32,000 bases of DNA from Halalkalibacterium halodurans. Its GTDB lineage: Bacteria; Bacillota; Bacilli; Bacillales; Bacillaceae_D. Below the pieces are notes generated by a model, which was not told where the DNA came from, ran no database searches, and was given only the letters and a program-made list of their open reading frames with translations. Below, in pieces: positions 1 to 9,607 of the stretch. Position numbers and translations under genes: made by a program. The stretch is from the NCBI RefSeq assembly GCF_004376175.1, contig NZ_SNUY01000026.1, positions 1-32,000 of the forward strand. The letters are read 5' to 3'. Numbering within the stretch: position 1 is the first letter of the stretch; each line of letters starts with the position of its first letter.

Positions 1-2
1 TG

Positions 3-50
3 TGTATGGCAAAATAAAAGTGCAGAGCTTTGCAAAGGAAAAATGCAGAG
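3..50. repeat. Left terminal inverted repeat region of the IS21-family element (two TGCAGAG sub-repeats)
   Basis: See the element entry. TGCAGAG at 21-27 and 44-50. Confidence 0.7.
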
Positions 51-153
51 TCCTGCACTAAATTTTTGTGCGTAAACAAAAAAAGACTTGCCAGTCACCC
101 CAAGTCCCACTACAGTAATTGTGTCAAGCAATTGGTAGTGGAGGTAAGAAAGG

Positions 154-1578
154 ATGCTAGCAATGTCTGATATTAATTGTATCAAACATTTAAGAAATAA
201 CAAAGGTTTATCTATTTCAGAAATACAAAGAACAATGGGAATTAATTGGCGAACAGCTAAGAAGTATGCGGATGAAGATCAACTCCCTAAACAGAAATCA
301 TTTAAAAAGAAAGGGATGATGTATGAGGAAAAGTGGGGAGAAATTGTTTCAGATTGGCTTTTTGAGGATTTAAAGTTAAGGAAAAAATTAAGAAGAACAA
401 AGAAACAAATATTTGAAGAACTAAAGGAAATGGGTTTCCAAGGTTCTTATCGTACTGTTTGTTACTTTATCTCTGAATGGATGAATACTCACCAAGAAGA
501 AAAGGATAAAGGGTATGAAAGATTAGAACATCCTCCGGGTGAAGCTCAAGTAGACTTTGGAGTAATGGAAGCTGTACAAGATGGAGAAATTGTGGATATT
601 CATGCTTTAGTTATGACGTTTCCTCATAGTAATGCTGGATTTGCAGTACCGTTACCAGCTGAAAATCAAGAATGCTTCTTACATGGCCTCAATATTCTTT
701 TTAAACAGGTTGGGGGAGTACCTAAAAGGATAAGAATCGATAATTTGACCCCCGCTGTGAAGAAAAAAAGGACAAAAAATGAAGAAGCACAATTAACTGA
801 TGAATTTGTTCAATTTCAGAATTATTATGGCTTTGATGTGCAGGTATGCAATCCAAGAAGTGGCCATGAAAAAGGAAATGTTGAGAATAAAGTTGGATAT
901 ATACGCTATAACTTTTTTACTTCAGCTCCAATAATGGACAGCTATGAGGGTTTAACGGATCAATTATTTCATAAATTAGAGGCGGACAGAAATAGAATTC
1001 ATTATGCCAAAAACGTACGTATTGAGGACTTATGGCAGGAAGAGCGGGATTATCTTCTAGCCTTACCAGAAAAGCCCTATCCTGTATTTAAAGAGCATCT
1101 TGTTAAAGTAAACAAATATAATGAAGTGAAAGTGGACCAGACGTTGGTTCATGTCCCTAAGGGTGGCAACTATAGTCAATTACAAATGATATTAACATGG
1201 GATCAATTAAAGATTGTTTCACCTAATGGGGAGATATTATTGGATGACTATCGGCCATATATGAAAAAGCGAAAAGCATTACCATGGCTTTCAATAATTA
1301 AAACATGGATTCATAAACCAAGGGTTGTAGAATATTCGCGCTATCATAAGTATTTACCGGGAAGAATTAAAGAATTTTTGTTGGTAGATAATTTAATTAT
1401 TCGACGAAAACGATTAGAAGCTCTAGCTAGTTTATTAGTTTCTCATGACATGAAGAAGATTAATGAAGAGTTCTATGAATTAATTGCACAGGATAAGCTA
1501 CCTAGTGATAATAATCCTTATGAAGTGGACTGGAGTAAATACGATTCATTAGCTCCTAGAGAGGAGGCTGTCAATTGA
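154..1578 (+). CDS. istA: IS21-family transposase IstA
   Basis: 474-aa ORF with GGAGG at 140-144, 9 nt before the ATG. N-terminal HTH (LSISEIQRTMGINWRTAKKY). The central integrase-like DDE region (PGEAQVDFG...IRIDNL) and the gene order with istB are typical of IS21. Confidence 0.9.
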   Translation: MLAMSDINCIKHLRNNKGLSISEIQRTMGINWRTAKKYADEDQLPKQKSFKKKGMMYEEKWGEIVSDWLFEDLKLRKKLRRTKKQIFEELKEMGFQGSYRTVCYFISEWMNTHQEEKDKGYERLEHPPGEAQVDFGVMEAVQDGEIVDIHALVMTFPHSNAGFAVPLPAENQECFLHGLNILFKQVGGVPKRIRIDNLTPAVKKKRTKNEEAQLTDEFVQFQNYYGFDVQVCNPRSGHEKGNVENKVGYIRYNFFTSAPIMDSYEGLTDQLFHKLEADRNRIHYAKNVRIEDLWQEERDYLLALPEKPYPVFKEHLVKVNKYNEVKVDQTLVHVPKGGNYSQLQMILTWDQLKIVSPNGEILLDDYRPYMKKRKALPWLSIIKTWIHKPRVVEYSRYHKYLPGRIKEFLLVDNLIIRRKRLEALASLLVSHDMKKINEEFYELIAQDKLPSDNNPYEVDWSKYDSLAPREEAVN

Positions 1579-2300
1579 AACAGGACATTAAAGAATTGTG
1601 TAAGTCATTGAGGTTAGCTTATGTTGCGGATGTATACGAGCAAATACCGTTTGAAACTCCGGAACAATTCTTGTATGGGCTACTTAAGGAGGAAATAAGA
1701 TTAAGAGAAAAAGCGAGAGCAATCCGCTTGATAAAAAAGGCGAAGTTCTTAGATAAAAAGAGTTTACATGATTACGAGTGGACCGAACAACTTCGGTTCC
1801 CTCCTCACTTAACCAAAGAGGATTTGTGTAGCCTACAATTTATTGAGAATCGAGAAAATGTAGTTTTAGTTGGTTCACCCGGGACAGGGAAGACTCATTT
1901 AGCCACAGGACTAGGGAGAAAAGCTTGTGAACTAGGTTATGAGGTTCGTTTTTACCGTGTTGCCCACCTAGTTGAGGAATTAGAGCAAGCTTTACGTAAC
2001 AACCGTTTATCAGCATTTAGAAAACGGATGGAGAAGGTTGATTTGGTCATTTTAGATGAAATGGGATACTTACCATTTAGTAAAGAAGGAGCTGAATTAT
2101 TATTCCAAATTATATCGGAGTTTTATGAACAGAAAAGCGTCATTATTACATCTAACTTAGAATTTAGTCAATGGAACCGGATCTTTACAGATTCTCGTTT
2201 AACAGCAGCGTTAGTGGACAGGCTAATTCATCACGCCCATATCATCTCTTTTCATGGCGAGAGCTATAGACTGTCCCACGCATTGTCGAAAAGGAATTAA
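1575..2300 (+). CDS. istB: IS21-family helper ATPase IstB
   Basis: 241 aa. Walker A GSPGTGKTHLA and Walker B DLVILDEMGY. GAGGAGG at 1561-1567, then a TTG start overlapping the istA stop codon. Confidence 0.9.
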   Translation: MKQDIKELCKSLRLAYVADVYEQIPFETPEQFLYGLLKEEIRLREKARAIRLIKKAKFLDKKSLHDYEWTEQLRFPPHLTKEDLCSLQFIENRENVVLVGSPGTGKTHLATGLGRKACELGYEVRFYRVAHLVEELEQALRNNRLSAFRKRMEKVDLVILDEMGYLPFSKEGAELLFQIISEFYEQKSVIITSNLEFSQWNRIFTDSRLTAALVDRLIHHAHIISFHGESYRLSHALSKRN

Positions 2301-2313
2301 ATGGGTGGCAAAC

Positions 2314-2362
2314 CTCTGCATTTTTCATTGCATTTCTCTGCACTTTTCTATTGCAAAATACA
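2314..2362. repeat. Right terminal inverted repeat region of the IS21-family element (two CTCTGCA sub-repeats)
   Basis: CTCTGCA at 2314-2320 and 2336-2342, mirroring the left end. The element ends ...AAAATACA at 2362. Confidence 0.7.
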
Positions 2363-2498
2363 TGTGTGGTAACCTCAATTATCTACAGAAATCAGGGAGT
2401 GGCAATTTTTTTGCTTATAAAGCCCTCTAACATAGGATTTAATAGCCTATTTTTATATAAAGTTTTGACAATACGATGATGGATGAAGGGGTGAAACG

Positions 2499-4037
2499 AT
2501 GGAAAAGTTATCACATGGGCTTGTGACTAGCCGTAATATGATTCGTTATAAAAGCTCCCAATTGCCGGAGCGTGTGCTTCAATTTGGCGAGGGAAACTTT
2601 TTACGTGGATTTATCGACTGGATGATCCAGCAAATGAATAAGCAAAACGTTTTTAACGGCCGGGTTGTGGCGATCCAACCAACGCCTCACGGAAAAGTCG
2701 TACCGAAGCTACTGGCACAGGATAGTCTCTATACGGTTTGGCTTAGAGGAATTGCGGACGGAGAGACGGTCGATCATCATGAGGTGATCACGTCGATTTC
2801 CAGGGGAATCAATCCATATACAAATTGGCAGGACGTTCTTGAAGTCGCCGCATCACCAGACCTTTCGGTTGTTTTCTCGAATACGACCGAGGCTGGGCTG
2901 ACGTATTTAGAAGAAGGTTATGACAAAGAAAAGGCACCCCTTTCATTCCCAGGGAAGCTTGCTGCATGCTTATGGCACCGCTACGAAACATTAGGGTGGG
3001 GTGAAGGGTCGGGCCTCGTGATTATTCCGTGTGAGCTTGTTGAACAAAATGGGAAAGTCTTGAAGGAGCTCGTTTGCCGCTATGCAAAAGCGTGGAATTT
3101 TCCGCAAGAGTTTTTTACTTGGCTCGAGCGAGAAAACGAGTTTTGCCATACGCTCGTCGATCGAATCGTCCCAGGATTTCCGAGTGACACTGCAGATGAA
3201 TGTTTCGAAAGGTTAGGCTACGAAGACATCCTTCTTACTGTCGCAGAACCGTATCACCTCTTCATAATCGAGGGGTCGGAGCGTGTCCGCAAGCTACTTC
3301 CCTTTAACGAAGCAGGCTTACATGTGAGATGGAACCATCTGGAGAAGCATCGCAACATGAAGGTACGCGTGTTGAATGGGACTCATACGTTTATGTTTGC
3401 CTTATCGTATCTTTCAGGTGTGGACACGGTAGGAGAAGCAATGGCAGATGAGCAGTTGTGCTCGTTTATTCGCAAAGGCTTGTTTGAAGAGATCATCCCG
3501 TGTGTGGACGCACCGGAGCAAGAAGTGACCGCCTTTGCCGAAACGGTGCTTGAGCGATTCGAAAATCCATTTTTGCAACACCGACTAACCGATATCGGTT
3601 TAAATGCGGTGAACAAGTTTCGAACGAGGCTCATGCCAACATTCAACGATTATGTAGCGCAGACAGGAGAAGCTCCGACTTATCTGCTGTTCTCCCTTGC
3701 AGCTCTCATAAACTATTACCGTGGCGTTGAGGAAGATGGACCGTTTTTAATCGGAAGACGTAGGGAAGACTCTTATCTTATTCGTGATGATCTAGAAGTG
3801 ATTGAAGCGTTCAAAGTGGGATGGCAACAGGTGAATACCGGTAAACTTTCTCTTGCTCAGTTATGTGAAGACTTATTAAGCAAAAGAGAACTTTGGGGCG
3901 TAGATCTATCAATGGAACGAAAGGTTGTTGACAAGGTAGCAGAGAGTTTACAAATAATCGTTGAAAAAGGGATGCGTCAAGCGATCAGTGGAGTTCTTAA
4001 TCAAATAGGAGGGAATAACCATGTCCATAAACAGTAG
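2499..4037 (+). CDS. uxaB: Tagaturonate reductase / altronate oxidoreductase (mannitol dehydrogenase family)
   Basis: 512 aa. The N-terminus PERVLQFGEGNFLRGFIDWMI, plus FSNTTEAGL, IIPCEL, TLVDRIVPG, LNGTHT, VGEAM and MTKFRTR-like (VNKFRTRL) blocks are colinear with E. coli UxaB as I remember it. SD GAAGGGG precedes the ATG. Confidence 0.9.
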   Translation: MEKLSHGLVTSRNMIRYKSSQLPERVLQFGEGNFLRGFIDWMIQQMNKQNVFNGRVVAIQPTPHGKVVPKLLAQDSLYTVWLRGIADGETVDHHEVITSISRGINPYTNWQDVLEVAASPDLSVVFSNTTEAGLTYLEEGYDKEKAPLSFPGKLAACLWHRYETLGWGEGSGLVIIPCELVEQNGKVLKELVCRYAKAWNFPQEFFTWLERENEFCHTLVDRIVPGFPSDTADECFERLGYEDILLTVAEPYHLFIIEGSERVRKLLPFNEAGLHVRWNHLEKHRNMKVRVLNGTHTFMFALSYLSGVDTVGEAMADEQLCSFIRKGLFEEIIPCVDAPEQEVTAFAETVLERFENPFLQHRLTDIGLNAVNKFRTRLMPTFNDYVAQTGEAPTYLLFSLAALINYYRGVEEDGPFLIGRRREDSYLIRDDLEVIEAFKVGWQQVNTGKLSLAQLCEDLLSKRELWGVDLSMERKVVDKVAESLQIIVEKGMRQAISGVLNQIGGNNHVHKQ

Positions 4038-5304
4038 GGAAGTGTTAGCGGAAAAAGTGAAGAACGCTGTCAACAATCAACCGGTAACGGATATGCACAC
4101 ACACCTTTTTTCACCCAACTTCAGGGAGATTTTGCTTTGGGATATAGACGAGTTGCTTACGTACCACTATCTCGTAGCCGAGGTGATGCGTTGGACCGAT
4201 GTTTCGATTGAGGCATTTTGGGCCATGTCGAAACGGGAACAAGCAGATCTTATCTGGGAGGAGCTGTTCATTAAACGTTCTCCTGTCAGTGAAGCGTGTC
4301 GCGGAGTGTTAACGTGTTTGCAAGGCTTAGGGCTCGATCCAGCGACACGTGATTTGCAAGTCTATCGCGAGTATTTTGCGAAAAAAACGAGCGAAGAACA
4401 AGTAGATACGGTGTTGCAGTTGGCGAACGTTTCCGATGTTGTCATGACTAATGACCCGTTTGATGACAATGAGCGCATAAGCTGGCTGGAAGGGAAACAG
4501 CCGGATTCTCGGTTTCATGCAGCGTTGCGACTCGATCCGTTATTAAATGAGTATGAACAAACAAAGCATCGTTTGCGCGATTGGGGCTACAAGGTGAACG
4601 ATGAATGGAACGAAGGGTCGATTCAAGAAGTCAAGCGATTTTTAACCGACTGGATTGAGCGAATGGACCCTGTTTATATGGCTGTTTCCCTTCCACCGAC
4701 GTTCTCCTTTCCAGAAGAGTCGAACCGTGGGAGAATCATTCGTGATTGTTTGTTACCGGTTGCCGAAAAGCACAACATCCCATTTGCGATGATGATCGGG
4801 GTGAAGAAGCGAGTTCATCCGGCGCTAGGGGATGCTGGCGATTTTGTCGGCAAAGCGTCAATGGATGGAGTGGAGCACTTGCTCCGTGAATACCCAAACA
4901 ATAAGTTTTTAGTCACGATGCTATCGCGCGAAAATCAACATGAGCTCGTCGTCCTTGCCCGAAAGTTCTCCAACTTGATGATTTTCGGCTGCTGGTGGTT
5001 TATGAATAACCCTGAAATCATTAATGAGATGACGAGAATGCGGATGGAGATGCTCGGCACTAGCTTTATTCCGCAACATTCTGACGCTCGTGTGTTGGAG
5101 CAGCTCATTTACAAATGGCATCACTCAAAATCGATCATAGCCGAGGTGCTTATTGACAAATACGATGACATTTTGCAAGCCGGCTGGGAGGTAACCGAAG
5201 AAGAGATTAAGCGCGATGTAGCAGATCTATTCTCACGTAATTTTTGGCGATTCGTTGGCCGGAATGATCACGTCACATCAGTGAAGGTGGAGCAGCAAAC
5301 GTAA
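4021..5304 (+). CDS. uxaC: Amidohydrolase-superfamily uronate isomerase, short non-canonical type (functional UxaC analogue)
   Basis: 427 aa. The start overlaps the uxaB 3' end by 17 nt (AGGAGGG SD lies inside uxaB), so the two are probably translationally coupled. The N-terminal HxH metal motif (DMHTHLF) is typical of the amidohydrolase superfamily. The protein is shorter than, and very diverged from, classical about 470-aa UxaC. The context (uxaB upstream, pectate lyase downstream) supports the call. I recall a biochemically characterised B. halodurans protein of this type (Bh0493), unverified here. Confidence 0.7.
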   Translation: MSINSREVLAEKVKNAVNNQPVTDMHTHLFSPNFREILLWDIDELLTYHYLVAEVMRWTDVSIEAFWAMSKREQADLIWEELFIKRSPVSEACRGVLTCLQGLGLDPATRDLQVYREYFAKKTSEEQVDTVLQLANVSDVVMTNDPFDDNERISWLEGKQPDSRFHAALRLDPLLNEYEQTKHRLRDWGYKVNDEWNEGSIQEVKRFLTDWIERMDPVYMAVSLPPTFSFPEESNRGRIIRDCLLPVAEKHNIPFAMMIGVKKRVHPALGDAGDFVGKASMDGVEHLLREYPNNKFLVTMLSRENQHELVVLARKFSNLMIFGCWWFMNNPEIINEMTRMRMEMLGTSFIPQHSDARVLEQLIYKWHHSKSIIAEVLIDKYDDILQAGWEVTEEEIKRDVADLFSRNFWRFVGRNDHVTSVKVEQQT

Positions 5305-5315
5305 AGACAGGTACA

Positions 5316-5343
5316 ACGGGCAGCTTCCTGCTGCTCGTTTGTT
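5316..5343 (+). terminator. Probable intrinsic terminator after the isomerase gene
   Basis: 9-bp stem ACGGGCAGC (5316-5324) / GCTGCTCGT (5330-5338) with one G:U pair, loop TTCCT, then TTGTT. The T-tract is weak. Confidence 0.5.
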
Positions 5344-5392
5344 AAAACGGATTATGTAAGCGCTTTCCATTAAGGGAGAGGAGGAGCTTTTC

Positions 5393-8300
5393 TTGAGCAT
5401 ATACCTGAAAAAAATCAGTATCGTCACATTGGTCTTTCTCATTGTTTTTTCTCACTTCCCTAGGCTAGGTGTCAGTGCAAATCAGGAAGAGTTGGAAGCA
5501 GGTTGGTCGTTTCGTGCTTTTGGCGGTAATACAAGTGAGGAACGGAATCCTCCACCTGTCATTCACGAGGATGGTTCGGTCACAATGACAGCGACCGGAG
5601 GAAAGATCGCAAGCGGGGATGAAGGTCTGTCTTTTATGTATCAGGAGCTTCCACATGACGTAAACTTTACCCTTCATGCCTCGGTTGATGTTCAACATTT
5701 TAATAGCAATCAGTCGGTTAGCACGCCGAACCAAAAATCGTTCGGGTTAATGGTACGCGATGCAGTGGGAGAAGATGGGGACAGTGCAGTGCAAACGGCC
5801 AACTATGTGGCAAACGGAGCGCTAGATACGGTTATGAAGGGTTTCTATAAGGAACAAGGTGTACAAACAAAATTAACGCCTTTCTCGTCTAGTCGACCCC
5901 CTATCTCAGGCGAAACGTACGAGCTTTCGATTACCAAGTCGGGGGATGCGTATCTTTTAACGGCAAACGAGGAGTCTGAGGTCGTTTTGACGGAAGGGAA
6001 CTTTGATGAGACTTTATTTGCAGGCTTTTATGTGGCTCGCGACGCAGAAGTGACGTTTCGCGACTTTTCTCTCGTCATCGATAATCGCGTCGTAGAACAA
6101 TTGATTGTCGACGATCAAGACATGAAAAAAGATTATTTTGTGGGGGAACCGTTCGATCCGACTGGGCTACTCGTGACCGCTCGTTTTATGACGGGAGAGG
6201 AACAGACTTTGTCTCCTGATGATTATTTTTGGACAGGCTTTTCGAGTGCAGAGCCGGGGGCAAGGACATTAACGATCCATTACTTAGGGGCTACCGAAAC
6301 CATTGAGCTTAAAGTACACCAGACTGCAGTGGAAGACCTAGCGATTTTATACTACCCTGCGAAGACGACGTATTATTTGGGCGATCATTTTGATAGAGAG
6401 GGGCTTGTCGTGATCGCTACTTTAGCGACAGGAGAGAGACAAGAGGTGCCTGAGGATGACTATTTTTTATCGTTGGACGGGGAAGTGATCGATGAGTCGT
6501 TTACGTTTTCACGGCCGGGGGAGCTGGCCGTCGACGTAACGCTGAAGGAAGACCGTGCCATGAGCACCTCGTTCGCTGTCGAGGTACGGGATGCGGCTGT
6601 CACTCACTTAGAACTTTACACCCCTCCGGAAAAGCAGCTTTATTTTATTGGTGAGGAATTAAAGATGGACGGGGCGATCGTATACGCCCATTACAGTGAT
6701 CAATCGCGCGTTCGATTGCTGAGAGGTGAGTATGACGTATCAAAAATAGACTCTTCTACCAGCGGCATGCAAAAGGTGACGATTACGTATAAAGGCGTAA
6801 GTGCGTCGTTTACGGTAGAGGTAAAAGAACGAGAGATACAGGAGCTCACGATTGTTCGTTACCCAAAAACGACCTATACGGTCGGAGAGGCGTTAGCTTT
6901 AGAAGGTCTAGAAATAGGGTACCTGTTTGATAATGGAGATGTGGAGAAAGTGTCTGAAGACGAATATGAGGTGGATGTTTCTGCTTACAATCAGCAACAA
7001 ACAGGGGTTTACGATCTGTTTATCCATCCGCTTAGACAAGAGGTTGCATCGATCATTCTACCGGTCACTGTGCGGGAAGAGATCGAGTATGAGTGGAAGT
7101 CGATTCGATTTGGACAATCCACGTCCAATGCTCGAAATGTTGTGAATGACTTCGGAGATGGGACGGTTGAACTAATCGCCTTAGAAGGAGGCGGAAAGGT
7201 TACTGGGGATCACGATGGGATCACGTTCTATTACACGGAGCTTGATGCGGTAGAAGACAATTTTACGTTATCTGCCGATGTAAGGGTGAAAGAGTATGCT
7301 AAAAATCCCCATGATGGACAAGAGTCGTTTGGGGTGATGGCGCGGGATGCAATCGGACCTGCGAATGATGCCAGTGTGTTTGCCTCCAACATCGCGGCTG
7401 TCGGTGGCTATAGTGGGGGGACGCGGGAAGCAAATGGGACACAGCTCTTTGTTCGAACCGGTGTGTTAGCCAGTGACGGTGAAGGAAGCAAAGGGATTCA
7501 AAAAAAAATGCTCGATCAAGAAAAGCCGAGACCTGAAACCACTCATCCAGAGGCTTCATACAGGTTAACTTTAAAGAAAACGAACAGTGGCTTTATAGGT
7601 GCATTAAATGACGGGAAAGAAGAACTATTTTTTACACCGGACATCGTGAATGTTCAAGATTCGAAGATGTATATAGGCTTTTATACAGCACGACTAGCAA
7701 CGATTGAAGTGAGCAATATTGAGCTGGAGGTGACTGCTGCCGCAACAGATTTTCCAAAACAAGAGCCACCAGAGGAACCAACCGCACCTGAATTGGATAT
7801 TCTTTCTTTGTCTCGTGTTTCAAAGACGGATTATGAACTAATCGTCCGCGCAAATGTGGGCGGTTCCCTTACGATTAAGAAAGGGAATCAAACAATTGAA
7901 GAAAACCTTAACGTCGAAAAAGGAGAAATGATGACCGTTCCTACAACGGTGGCAAGCCATCAAAAGACAAATTTTAGCCTTTCCTTTATTCCAGACGATA
8001 CACAGCTCCTGACGTCCTATGATCGGATCGTGAGAAACTTTACGGTGACGATGAAGACGTTTAATGAAGAAGGGGACCTTTATGTTTCTCCTGATGGTAC
8101 GAGTGATGGGGATGGGACAAGAGGAGCGCCGCTAGATCTTGATACGGCGATTGATTTTATTATGGAAGGGCAAACAATTGTTGTCCTGGATGGTCATTAT
8201 GTACGAGATTCGAAGCTTGAGATAAACAAGTACAATGATGGGACTCCTGATGCGATGAAAGCGCTGGTGGCTGAGCCAGGCACTCGTCCGATTATAGATT

Positions 8301-9607
8301 TTGATAGGCGGTCGGAAGGGGTCATTTTAAGCGGCAACTATTGGCACATTAAGGGACTTGATTTTACCCGTTCTGCTGGGAACACAAAAGGGTTTACCGT
8401 CGGTGGTAGCCACAACATTGTGGAAAATAGCCGTTTTTATGAAAATGGGGATACGGGTCTGCAAATAAGTCGTACCGATGGTTCAGAACATATTGCGGAC
8501 TGGCCGTCCTATAATTTAATTTTAAATAGCACGTCGTTTGACAACCGCGACCCATCTGAAAACAACGCCGACGGCTTTGCCGCAAAGCTGACAGTAGGAG
8601 TTGGGAATGTATTTAGAGGATGTATTGCCCACAACAATATTGATGACGGTTGGGATCTTTATACGAAAGTAGGGACGGGGGCAATAGGACCAGTCTTGAT
8701 TGAAGATAGCATCGCCTATAATAACGGCTTTCTCACCGATGGAACGGTCGGAGCAGGGGATAAAAATGGCTTTAAATTAGGCGGTGAAGGCATCCGTGTG
8801 CCACATATTATCCGAGGTAGCATGGCTTTCGGAAACGGAGCCTACGGATTTACGAGCAACAGCAACCCAGGTGTAATCGCAGAGCAAAACATCGCCTTCA
8901 ACAATGGAGGAGGAAACTTAGACTTTACTACTTATCCTAACATTCAGCCAGACTTCACAATAGACGGATTTATTTCGTACCAGCACGATGCCAGTGCACG
9001 AGATCGTTACCCGGAAGAACTGGCATCAGACCGTAACTTCTTGTTTAATGGCCAATATTCGGAAAATAAGAACGGGGTTCGTTTAACGGATGCGAATTTT
9101 AAAAGCTTAGAGCCCACCATTCCATATGAACGGGACGATGCAGGTAACATTATTTGGGGCGACTTCCTGTCCTTCATTCCTCCAAGCGAAGAAGATGAAG
9201 AGAAAGAGATCATTGAGGCAAACGTTTCGTTTTCACCGCCGATTTTCCTGCTAGCTACCGGTCGTGGGAAAGGGGTGGCACTTGTGACGTTAGCTTTACC
9301 AGGTCCTTATAAGGCAAAAGATATTGACGTTTCCTCTCTAATTTTAAATGGGGAGGTGACTCCGGTTCGTACGATGCAAACCGGTAATCGAATGATGTTA
9401 AAGTTCCAGCGATCCGATTTAGCGCGTGTACTGGAGCGTGGACATAAAGTAGAAATACAAGTGACAGGCATGCTTCAAACCGGTGAATCATTTGTTGGCA
9501 CGACGCACATTTTCGTTAGAGCCACAGGACAAATTTCTGTAACCCTTGATATTACTGATTCCATTCAATTTGCTACTATAGATGTGTTCCCATACCTTTT
9601 TACGTGA
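5393..9607 (+). CDS. Secreted multi-modular pectate lyase (PL9-like right-handed beta-helix catalytic domain); 3' end probably rewritten by IS insertion
   Basis: TTG start 6 nt after GGAGGAG. Signal peptide (KKISIVTLVFLIVFSHFPRLGVSA/NQ). Two paralogous about 200-aa N-terminal modules (5501-6085 and 7094-7732) and four tandem Ig-like modules (6089-7078). Beta-helix region about 8075-8930 with NADGFAAK...DDGWDLY...GDKNGFKLGG. The spacing D-x23-DDGWD-x35-K matches what I recall for the Ca ligands and catalytic Lys of family PL9 Pel9A (recollection, unverified). Confidence 0.75.
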   Translation: MSIYLKKISIVTLVFLIVFSHFPRLGVSANQEELEAGWSFRAFGGNTSEERNPPPVIHEDGSVTMTATGGKIASGDEGLSFMYQELPHDVNFTLHASVDVQHFNSNQSVSTPNQKSFGLMVRDAVGEDGDSAVQTANYVANGALDTVMKGFYKEQGVQTKLTPFSSSRPPISGETYELSITKSGDAYLLTANEESEVVLTEGNFDETLFAGFYVARDAEVTFRDFSLVIDNRVVEQLIVDDQDMKKDYFVGEPFDPTGLLVTARFMTGEEQTLSPDDYFWTGFSSAEPGARTLTIHYLGATETIELKVHQTAVEDLAILYYPAKTTYYLGDHFDREGLVVIATLATGERQEVPEDDYFLSLDGEVIDESFTFSRPGELAVDVTLKEDRAMSTSFAVEVRDAAVTHLELYTPPEKQLYFIGEELKMDGAIVYAHYSDQSRVRLLRGEYDVSKIDSSTSGMQKVTITYKGVSASFTVEVKEREIQELTIVRYPKTTYTVGEALALEGLEIGYLFDNGDVEKVSEDEYEVDVSAYNQQQTGVYDLFIHPLRQEVASIILPVTVREEIEYEWKSIRFGQSTSNARNVVNDFGDGTVELIALEGGGKVTGDHDGITFYYTELDAVEDNFTLSADVRVKEYAKNPHDGQESFGVMARDAIGPANDASVFASNIAAVGGYSGGTREANGTQLFVRTGVLASDGEGSKGIQKKMLDQEKPRPETTHPEASYRLTLKKTNSGFIGALNDGKEELFFTPDIVNVQDSKMYIGFYTARLATIEVSNIELEVTAAATDFPKQEPPEEPTAPELDILSLSRVSKTDYELIVRANVGGSLTIKKGNQTIEENLNVEKGEMMTVPTTVASHQKTNFSLSFIPDDTQLLTSYDRIVRNFTVTMKTFNEEGDLYVSPDGTSDGDGTRGAPLDLDTAIDFIMEGQTIVVLDGHYVRDSKLEINKYNDGTPDAMKALVAEPGTRPIIDFDRRSEGVILSGNYWHIKGLDFTRSAGNTKGFTVGGSHNIVENSRFYENGDTGLQISRTDGSEHIADWPSYNLILNSTSFDNRDPSENNADGFAAKLTVGVGNVFRGCIAHNNIDDGWDLYTKVGTGAIGPVLIEDSIAYNNGFLTDGTVGAGDKNGFKLGGEGIRVPHIIRGSMAFGNGAYGFTSNSNPGVIAEQNIAFNNGGGNLDFTTYPNIQPDFTIDGFISYQHDASARDRYPEELASDRNFLFNGQYSENKNGVRLTDANFKSLEPTIPYERDDAGNIIWGDFLSFIPPSEEDEEKEIIEANVSFSPPIFLLATGRGKGVALVTLALPGPYKAKDIDVSSLILNGEVTPVRTMQTGNRMMLKFQRSDLARVLERGHKVEIQVTGMLQTGESFVGTTHIFVRATGQISVTLDITDSIQFATIDVFPYLFT
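6089..7078 (+). repeat. Four tandem about 80-90-aa bacterial Ig-like modules inside the lyase CDS
   Basis: The recurrent pattern Y(F/Y)xGExxxxxGLxVxAxxxxGxxxxxxxxDY...V(E/T)V appears four times (KDYFVGEPFDPTGLLVTARF, TTYYLGDHFDREGLVVIATL, QLYFIGEELKMDGAIVYAHY, TTYTVGEALALEGLEIGYLF). Confidence 0.7.

Larger units (their letters stand above)
3..2362 (+). mobile_element. IS21-family insertion sequence, apparently complete (istA-istB)
   Basis: Two coupled ORFs (the istB TTG start at 1575 overlaps the istA stop). Imperfect terminal inverted repeats: TGTATGGCAAAATAAAAGTGCAGAG (3-27) versus the reverse complement of 2336-2362, TGTATTTTGCAATAGAAAAGTGCAGAG. A TGCAGAG motif occurs twice at each end at mirrored distances (21-27 and 44-50; 2336-2342 and 2314-2320), the multi-repeat termini typical of IS21. 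Only 2 nt of left flank are visible, so no target duplication can be checked. Confidence 0.85.

Noticed and set aside
2464-2469. TTGACA hexamer upstream of uxaB as a -35 element.
   Set aside because: The start codon is only 30 nt downstream and the position where a -10 should lie reads GGGGTG (the SD), so it cannot be a functional sigma-A promoter for uxaB.
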